From contig JAJYLB010000011.1 of assembly GCA_021788095.1 (NCBI GenBank), positions 28,593 through 92,592 on the forward strand: a stretch of 64,000 nt of DNA, read 5' to 3'. This DNA comes from Acidobacteriota bacterium. GTDB lineage: Bacteria; Acidobacteriota; Terriglobia; Acidiferrales; UBA7541. Shown one piece after another: positions 57,642-64,000 of the stretch; position 1 is the stretch's first letter; each line of letters opens with the position of its first letter. The notes beneath the pieces are model-generated. The model did not search any database, was not told the origin of the DNA, and saw only the letters and a program-made list of their open reading frames with translations. Made by a program: the position numbers and the translations under genes.

Positions 57642-59192
57642 TCACCAGGCCGCCTCCGAGGCCAAACTCAGTCGGCGCGTCCCCGCTCCTCGCCGCGCCG
57701 CGTGCGCCCGCGCGGCGCGCAGCATTCCCTTCGCCCATTTCGGCGTCGCGGCCGCGTGAACGTGGGCGTAGCTCGCCCAAACGTTGTTCCGAAGCACGCC
57801 GTCGCGCCCGTCGAATGTCCCCACGCCCCGCCGCACCGCGCAGGCAGTCTCGGGCGCCGCCGGGCAGGAAAGCAGCCGGGAATAATGAAATTCGTGCGCG
57901 CGAATCGTCGTCCCTACCGGATAGAAAGGATTGGCGCGGTCGACCAATAACTCCACGTACCCGTGCCCTTGCGGCGTGCGGAAGACCTCCGCCTCGTAGG
58001 GGAGTACGCCCGCCATGGGAAACCTCTTGCCCTCCCGGCGAATCGCCTCCGCAAGGAACATCAATCCGCCGCATTCGGCGTAGATGGGCAGGCCCTCGAG
58101 CGCGCGCTGCCGCACCGACGACCGCAGCCCCGCGTTCGCCGTGAGCCGCGCCGCGTGCGTTTCCGGAAACCCGCCGCCGATGTACATCGCGTCCACGTCT
58201 TCGGGCAGGCTCGCCGCCGAAAGCGCGGGAATCGGCTCGAGTTGCGCCCCTGCATTCTCCAGGGCCTCCAGGTTGTCCGGGTAATAAAAGGTGAAAGGAG
58301 AACCTTCCAGGTAGGCAATCTTGAGTCCCGCTCCGGCGTCCTCGGCGGAAGGACGCTCGCCGAAGTATTCCACCGCGGGCGCGCTCGCCGCGATTTCCAG
58401 TATCCTCGCCGCATCCAGCCGGGAACCTGCCAGCGCTAGCAACTCGCTCCGCAGCTCCTCGAGCCGATCGTGCTCTTCCGGAGTGACCAAACCCAGATGA
58501 CGGTTCGAGGGAAGCGCCCCTGCTTCCCGCTTCGGTAGCGCCCCCAGCACGGGGATGCCGCAGATCGATTCCACGGCCTTCCGCAGAATCGCTTCCTGGC
58601 GCGGGTTGGCGACGCGGTTGAGAATCACTCCCCGAATCGATAGGTGGCGATCGAGCGTCTGGCATCCCAGCACGAGCGCCGCAACCGTCCGAGTCGCCTT
58701 CGTGGCGTCTACCACCAGCGCCACTGGCGCCTTCAAGAGTTTCGCCAGTTCCGCCGTGCTGTGCGTTCCGATTTCGTCGACGCCGTCGTACAAACCGCGG
58801 TTTCCTTCCACCACGTTGAGGCCATCGGCTCGGGCGTGGGTCGCGAACAACCGCGTCGCCGTCTTCCCACCCATCAGAAAAGTGTCCAGGTTCCGCGCCG
58901 CTTTCCCCGATGCCCAGCTCAGCCAGGCCGCGTCGATGTAATCGGGACCCTTCTTGAACGCTCGGGTCGGTATCCCCTGCTGCCGTGCCAGCAGAAGCAG
59001 AGCCAGCGATACGAGGGTCTTGCCGGAGTCTCCGGAGAGACCGGCAATCACAATCCTGGGCGCTCGATTCGCGATAGACACCAGCCTCTGGACCTCACCT
59101 CGCAAGCCATCATGAGGAAGCGAGTGCCTGAAGACAATTCGGCAGGTCCCATATTTCCTGAAGTTTTGCTCACTAAGAGCCCTTAAGGGCAT
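57642..59192 (-). CDS. dsrN: DsrN (cobyrinic acid a,c-diamide synthase-like, siroheme amidase)
   Basis: CbiA-type N-terminus IVIAGLSGDSGKTLVSLALL and the C-terminal glutamine amidotransferase domain (YAECGGLMFL). The start is uncertain and the first ~45 aa may not be translated. Confidence 0.8.
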   Translation of the reverse strand: MPLRALSEQNFRKYGTCRIVFRHSLPHDGLRGEVQRLVSIANRAPRIVIAGLSGDSGKTLVSLALLLLARQQGIPTRAFKKGPDYIDAAWLSWASGKAARNLDTFLMGGKTATRLFATHARADGLNVVEGNRGLYDGVDEIGTHSTAELAKLLKAPVALVVDATKATRTVAALVLGCQTLDRHLSIRGVILNRVANPRQEAILRKAVESICGIPVLGALPKREAGALPSNRHLGLVTPEEHDRLEELRSELLALAGSRLDAARILEIAASAPAVEYFGERPSAEDAGAGLKIAYLEGSPFTFYYPDNLEALENAGAQLEPIPALSAASLPEDVDAMYIGGGFPETHAARLTANAGLRSSVRQRALEGLPIYAECGGLMFLAEAIRREGKRFPMAGVLPYEAEVFRTPQGHGYVELLVDRANPFYPVGTTIRAHEFHYSRLLSCPAAPETACAVRRGVGTFDGRDGVLRNNVWASYAHVHAAATPKWAKGMLRAARAHAARRGAGTRRLSLASEAAW

Positions 59193-59445
59193 TCCCGTAG
59201 TCGAATTCGCCCTCGCTCGGTCGTATATCGATCCCCGAAACTTTCCCCCGCCCTTTCTCCGCTTCCGCTATAATGCCCGTAGCAAGCGAAGGAAGGCTCG
59301 GACGGTTTTCCCGAGCGCGCAGCTTCTGGCGCCGCCTTTCGCCATAGGCGCTCCGCTTGGCGCGCTTTCCGCCAGCCTTTCTTTATGCTCTGGGCCGTAA
59401 CCTCGCTCCGTTGGAAAAGACCGCTCGCTTCCCGATTGAGCAGGG

Positions 59446-62244
59446 ATGCCTGAGGCGAAGGTTTTCCGCATTCCGTCGTGGGCCAAGCGGGCCGCGGCCT
59501 TCTCCCGTCTGTTGACGCTTGTCTCCTGCCTCAGGGCGTTGCGGCTGATTGCGCGGATATGGCAGGTCAATATCCACAAGACTCAGCAGTGGCTGCCGGA
59601 AGGACAAACGCTGATCCTACGGTCGGGCAGGGGCTGGAGCAGCGCGCTGATTGGCCGCAACCCTGCGCGTGGTAGCGTGTCCGATCTTTCTGAGCGGCCC
59701 GCGCCGAGGCGCGTCCCGGCTGTACTGGTCGAGGACCTGACGGAAGCGCCCGCTTCCTCCTTCGCGAGATCCCGCGAGTTTGCCGCGGAGAATCTCCACC
59801 TCCTCGAAACCGTTTCCGATCCCTTGCGCGCCGCGATCGACCGCAGCCGCGTCGAGCAAGACTTGCAGCAATCCAGCCGCGCCCTGCGCACCCTGAGCGC
59901 TTGCGATGCCGCGATGGTGCGGGCGCTCTCCGAACCCGACCTCTTGCAGAAGATCTGCAAAATTCTGGTGGATCAGGCCGGATACCGCATGGCCTGGGTC
60001 GCTTATGCCGAGAAAGATGTGGCCAGGACCGTTCGTCCCGTCGCCGTGGCTGGCGAAGAGAGCGGCTACCTAGACTCCGCCAGGATTACTTGGGCGGACG
60101 AAGTGCACGGCCGCGGGCCCTCGGGCGTGGCCATCCGCACGGGGAAACCTTGCGTCGTTCGGGATATCCTGCGAGAGGAGAATTTCGCGCCGTGGCGGGA
60201 AGACGCCCTGCGGCACGAGTACGCCTCCACCATCGCGCTGCCACTCCTCGTGGATGGTCAGACGCTCGGCGCTCTCCGCCTCTACTCCACGCGGCCAGAC
60301 GCCTTCGACGACCTCGAGATCCGCCTGCTCGAGGAGTTGGCTGGAAATCTGGCCTATGGTATTCAGGCCCTGCGCGCCGCCTCCGCGCGCGCGAAAGCGG
60401 CCGAAGAGCTGTCCCAAAGCGAGGAACGTTTTCGCCAGATGACCGGGAACATCCGCGAAGCCCTTTGGATGGTGGATCCTACCGGCATGCACGTCCTCTA
60501 CGCGAACCCGGCCTTCGAACAGGTTTGGGGACGTCCTCCACTCCCCACCTACCCGCGTCCGCTGGGCTGGCTCGATGCCGTACACCCCGACGATCGGCAT
60601 CGCGTCCGCGCCTCCCTGGCCGGCGAGGTCCCGCAAAAGGAGTTCGAAGCCGAATTCCGCGCCGTCTGGCCCGATGGATCGGTTCACTGGATCCGCGACC
60701 GCTCCTTCCCCATTCGCGACGGCCAGGGTCAGCTCCGGCGAATCGTGGGCATTTCCGAGGACATCACCGAACGCCGACTCGCTGACGAGGCCCTATTCGA
60801 AAGCGAAAGTCGCTTTCGCCGACTCTTCACGCAGATGAACCGCGGCTGCGTGTTGTTCGAGCTGACTTCCCCCGATGCCCCCTCCCCTCACGACGCCCGC
60901 TTTGTCGAAGTCAACCCGGCCTTCGAAAAACTTACCGGATTCTCGCGAATGGCCGTTCAGGGAAAGGGGCTGCTTGAAGTCTTCCCGGAGGCCGAGCCCG
61001 CCTGGATCGCCCGCTTGGCCAAGGTGGCGGAGACGGGCGAGTCGTTCACCCTCGAGGGGTACTCCGACTTCTTCCACCGGTATTTCGTCCTGAGCGTCAT
61101 GCGGCTTGGCCAGGGACAGGTGGCCGTCGCCTTTGCCGATGTCACCGAGCGTCAGCGCGCCCACGAAGCCCTCGAACATGCCGAGCGGAAATACCGAAGC
61201 ATGTTCGAAAACGCCATGGAAGGCATCTTCCAGATCCGCGACGATGGGGTCATCCTGACCGCGAATCCCGCCATGGCTCGCCTGCTCGGCTACCAAAGCC
61301 CGGAGCAATTCCTCTGGGAAGAATGCAATTTCGAAAAGCACTTGTTTGCCGAGTCGGGCCGCTCCATCGGCTTCCTCACGCTGCTGCGGGAACAGGGGGC
61401 CATCCCCGAATTCGAAACACAGATGCGCCGCCGGGATGGAACGCTCACCTGGGTCATGGGCAGCGCCTACCCAGTGCGGGACGCCTCGGGTAAGCTGCTC
61501 TACTACGAAGGAACGCTGCGCGACATCACCGCCCGCAGGCAGGCCGAGGAGGCCTGCCGGCTATTGTCCGCCGAACTGCTCCGCACGCAGGACGACGAGC
61601 GCCGCCGCATCGCCCGCGAGTTGCACGACAGCACCGGCCAATCCCTCGCCGCTCTCGCCATGAATCTCTCCTGGATCGAGCAATCCTCCGCGGCCGCCGA
61701 GCCGCCCGTCCGGACGGTCGTCAACGAGAGCATCGAACTGGTGAAGAGCACGCTGTCGGAAATCCGCAATTTCTCCTACCTCTTGCACCCGCCGATGCTC
61801 GATGATTATGGGCTCCCCAGCGCCCTCCAATCCTATGCCGAAGGCTTTTCCGAACGGAGCGGCATCCAGGTAGACTTGGACCTGCCCGCCGAAATGCACC
61901 GCCTCTCCCTGCCCGCCGAAACCGCCCTCTTTCGCATCGTGCAGGAATGCCTCACCAACGTGCACCGTCACTCGGAAAGCCCGCGTGCCACCATCCGCGT
62001 TCGCCAGGACAAGGCCAGCTTGACGCTCGAAGTGGCGGACGAAGGCAAAGGCATGGCTTTCGTCCGTAGGCAGGGCGCCGGCGGCGGCAAGGTAGGCGTC
62101 GGGATCACCGGCATGCGCGCGCGAATCCGGGAGCTCGGCGGACGATTGGAAATACAATCGAACAGCCGCGGCACCAGCGTGCGCGTGACCCTCCCTGTCA
62201 CCTTCGAAGAGGCTCTCGATGAAAAGAAAGATTCTGGTCGGTGA
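59446..62244 (+). CDS. GAF/multi-PAS sensor histidine kinase of the NarL-partner (HisKA_3) type
   Basis: A GAF domain (ICKILVDQAGYRMAWVAYAE...ALRLYS), at least three PAS domains, the H-box ELHDSTGQSLAAL and HATPase motifs (ECLTNVHRHS, GVGITGMRARI). The first ~110 codons look non-coding, so the start is uncertain. Confidence 0.8.
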   Translation: MPEAKVFRIPSWAKRAAAFSRLLTLVSCLRALRLIARIWQVNIHKTQQWLPEGQTLILRSGRGWSSALIGRNPARGSVSDLSERPAPRRVPAVLVEDLTEAPASSFARSREFAAENLHLLETVSDPLRAAIDRSRVEQDLQQSSRALRTLSACDAAMVRALSEPDLLQKICKILVDQAGYRMAWVAYAEKDVARTVRPVAVAGEESGYLDSARITWADEVHGRGPSGVAIRTGKPCVVRDILREENFAPWREDALRHEYASTIALPLLVDGQTLGALRLYSTRPDAFDDLEIRLLEELAGNLAYGIQALRAASARAKAAEELSQSEERFRQMTGNIREALWMVDPTGMHVLYANPAFEQVWGRPPLPTYPRPLGWLDAVHPDDRHRVRASLAGEVPQKEFEAEFRAVWPDGSVHWIRDRSFPIRDGQGQLRRIVGISEDITERRLADEALFESESRFRRLFTQMNRGCVLFELTSPDAPSPHDARFVEVNPAFEKLTGFSRMAVQGKGLLEVFPEAEPAWIARLAKVAETGESFTLEGYSDFFHRYFVLSVMRLGQGQVAVAFADVTERQRAHEALEHAERKYRSMFENAMEGIFQIRDDGVILTANPAMARLLGYQSPEQFLWEECNFEKHLFAESGRSIGFLTLLREQGAIPEFETQMRRRDGTLTWVMGSAYPVRDASGKLLYYEGTLRDITARRQAEEACRLLSAELLRTQDDERRRIARELHDSTGQSLAALAMNLSWIEQSSAAAEPPVRTVVNESIELVKSTLSEIRNFSYLLHPPMLDDYGLPSALQSYAEGFSERSGIQVDLDLPAEMHRLSLPAETALFRIVQECLTNVHRHSESPRATIRVRQDKASLTLEVADEGKGMAFVRRQGAGGGKVGVGITGMRARIRELGGRLEIQSNSRGTSVRVTLPVTFEEALDEKKDSGR

Positions 62245-62857
62245 CGACCACGAAATTGTCCGCCACGGCCTGCGCCGGTTGATTGAAACGCAGCCGGACT
62301 GGGAGGTGTGCGGCGAAGCGGTTTCCGGCTGGGAAGCGATCGAGAAAGCGCGCGACCTGCAGCCGGAAGTGATCGTCCTCGATTTCAGCATGCCGGAACT
62401 GAACGGTGTCGAAGCCGCCCGTCATATCCTCAAAGACTCGCCTCGCACCGAAATCGTGATGCTCACCATCCACAACTCCGAAAAGCTGCTCCGCGAGGCC
62501 TTGGACGCCGGGGTGCGTGGCTACGTGCTGAAGTCGGATGCCATGAGCGATGTCGTCGCCGCCATCCGTGCCCTCCTCCAGCACCGTACCTACCTCTCTC
62601 CCGGACTTTCGGGCACGGTGGTCACCGGCTTCCTCCGGGGAGCCGAGGCGGAACCCTCGGGCCGCCTTACCCCTCGCGAGCGCGAGATCGTTCAGTTGCT
62701 CGCCGAAGGCAAAAGCAACAAAGAGGTCGCCGAGCGCTTGAATATCAGCGCGAAAACCGTCGAGGTGCACAGGGCCAATATCATGCACAAGCTCAACTTG
62801 GGTTCCGTGAGCGATCTGGTCCATTACGCTATCCGCAACAAAATCGTCGAAGCTTAG
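62219..62857 (+). CDS. NarL/FixJ-family response regulator (receiver + LuxR HTH)
   Basis: ILVGDDHEIVRHGL, VIVLDFSMP and LTPREREIVQLLAEGKSNKEVAERLNISAKTVEVHR. Confidence 0.9.
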   Translation: MKRKILVGDDHEIVRHGLRRLIETQPDWEVCGEAVSGWEAIEKARDLQPEVIVLDFSMPELNGVEAARHILKDSPRTEIVMLTIHNSEKLLREALDAGVRGYVLKSDAMSDVVAAIRALLQHRTYLSPGLSGTVVTGFLRGAEAEPSGRLTPREREIVQLLAEGKSNKEVAERLNISAKTVEVHRANIMHKLNLGSVSDLVHYAIRNKIVEA

Positions 62858-62886
62858 GAGCTATTTGAAAACCTCCTTCTTCGGGG

Positions 62887-63227
62887 GTCGGAGCTTCAGC
62901 TCCGACAAAAAGCGGCCGAAAAATAGGGGCTTTATTGATCCTTGCAGAAGAAATGTCCTACTTGGTCATTCCGAGCGCAGCGAGGAATCTGCTTTCCCCG
63001 CCTGCCTCGTGGGACATTTCTTTTGCAGTAGTCAATAGCCCCTGAAGGGACCTGGCGGAAGGTTTCGAAATAGCTTCCAGATGCCATTTGAAATCCGCGG
63101 AACCGCCCTGGCTCTAACAGGTTGCTGCAAAAGGCCTCTTTTCGTAAGGGCACGTCCCGAATCCCGAAAGTTCGGGACGGGATTAGTCGTGCCGTAAGCG
63201 CTTGCGCAAGAAAGCGGCTTCAGCCGC
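62887..63227. repeat. third cluster of hairpin/palindromic repeats
   Basis: Hairpins gtcggagcTTCAgctccgac (62887-62906), the nested ggcacgtcccgaatcccgaaagttcgggacgggattagtcgtgcc (about 63148-63193) and gcggcTTCAgccgc (63214-63227). Inverted arms tgcagaagaaatgtcc (62943-62958) and ggacatttcttttgca (63012-63027) flank gtcattccgagcgcagcgaggaatc. Confidence 0.7.
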
Positions 63228-63480
63228 TGGGGGCCGCTCAGCCGACTTTTGCAGCATCCTGCTAAGGGCCCTCCCTGCGTCAAATCGCTCACAGGGGCGA
63301 TGAATTTTTACCTGCCGAAAAACACCCCCCTGACGCCGCCCCCTCCAAGTGCTTGAATCCTCAACCCTTCGCAAGCAGCCGCCCCACCCCGCTTCTGGCA
63401 AGAGCAATGCAAAAGACGCAGAGGGGTGTTGTCGCCCGAGGCCAACAGGCAGGAATTGAGGATCACGGAAGGCGGATCGA

Positions 63481-63942
63481 ATGTTTACGACAAAAGTTCT
63501 GGTGGCGCTAGAGTGCGCGGAATGCTCCGCTCCCTCGCTCCGGGTCGTAGCCAGCCAGTTCCAGCCGGACAGCGTTGAGCTTTATCTCCTCCACGTCATT
63601 GACCCGGCGGCTTACCCTGCCCCCTCCGAAGGCGCCGCGCGGGACCCGGCGCAGATCGATGCGCTTCGCCAAGCCAATCTCCAGCGGGCTCATGATCTTG
63701 TCGACCGTGCGATGCGAGTCTTCCTCGATTCCGGCTACCGGGTCCAAACGGCGGTGAGAGAAGGTGAGCTGAGGTTGACGATTGTCGCCTATGCCAGGTG
63801 GGTTAAGGCCGACGTGATCCTTCTGAGTTCGCACAAAAGCCGCGGTTTGGGTGCCCTGACTTTCGATGGCGTCTCCGACTACGTCGTCAGCCACGCTCCC
63901 TGCTCCGTCGAGGTCATTCGCAACTGGTCTCACGCCGCTTGA
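63481..63942 (+). CDS. universal stress protein (UspA family)
   Basis: VLVALECAECS, LYLLHVIDP, ADVILLSSHKSRGLGALTFDGVSDYVVSHAPCSVEVIR. Confidence 0.8.
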   Translation: MFTTKVLVALECAECSAPSLRVVASQFQPDSVELYLLHVIDPAAYPAPSEGAARDPAQIDALRQANLQRAHDLVDRAMRVFLDSGYRVQTAVREGELRLTIVAYARWVKADVILLSSHKSRGLGALTFDGVSDYVVSHAPCSVEVIRNWSHAA

Positions 63943-64000
63943 TTGCCTTCCAGGACCATGCTCCTCGATCTCGTTGCGACCTGCTTCGCTCGGTTGACAT

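Noticed and set aside
59269-59274. TATAAT hexamer in the dsrN/kinase divergent region
   Set aside because: No acceptable -35 element lies at 16-18 nt on the plus strand. A single hexamer is not enough to call a promoter.
63958-64000. Possible start of another gene at the right edge (ATG 63958)
   Set aside because: Only 14 codons are visible, which is too short to support a call.

Overview
High-GC bacterial chromosomal segment. The gene content (a duplicated-FtsX ADOP-type permease, a Ser/Thr kinase with TPR repeats, short GC-rich hairpin repeats) suggests Acidobacteriota; this is an inference I could not verify. Positions 1-21.4 kb carry ordinary and accessory metabolism: an FtsX permease, assimilatory cysH behind a structured leader, a GH27 alpha-galactosidase, a glucarate catabolic trio (gudD-kdgD-MFS), a B12-radical-SAM gene coupled to a Ser/Thr kinase, a remnant of a multi-HAMP sensor, proline dehydrogenase, fur-katG and a VapBC module. 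Positions 21.6-59.2 kb are the main feature. They hold 37 consecutive minus-strand genes, many with overlapping stop and start codons, that together encode a complete dissimilatory sulfate/sulfite pathway. Read in the direction of transcription these are dsrN, aprBA, two Cys-rich insert genes, qmoABC, dsrAB, dsrD, a shortened dsrL-like gene, dsrC, dsrT, dsrMKJOP, a second dsrMK pair, a PAS histidine kinase with two receiver-only regulators, an Hmc-like K-M-O-P module whose NrfD subunit is fused to a hexahaem cytochrome c, sat, three tandem TSUP (TauE/SafE) permeases interleaved with two cytidylate-kinase-like proteins and a DUF1634 protein, and split siroheme synthase genes. The right edge holds a GAF/PAS NarL-type two-component system and a universal stress protein. 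I recognised no rRNA, tRNA, CRISPR array, transposase or integrase. Many long ORFs in the supplied track are antisense or out-of-frame shadows typical of high-GC DNA and were not called. Functions are assigned from motifs read by eye, start codons are often uncertain, and no database search was possible.
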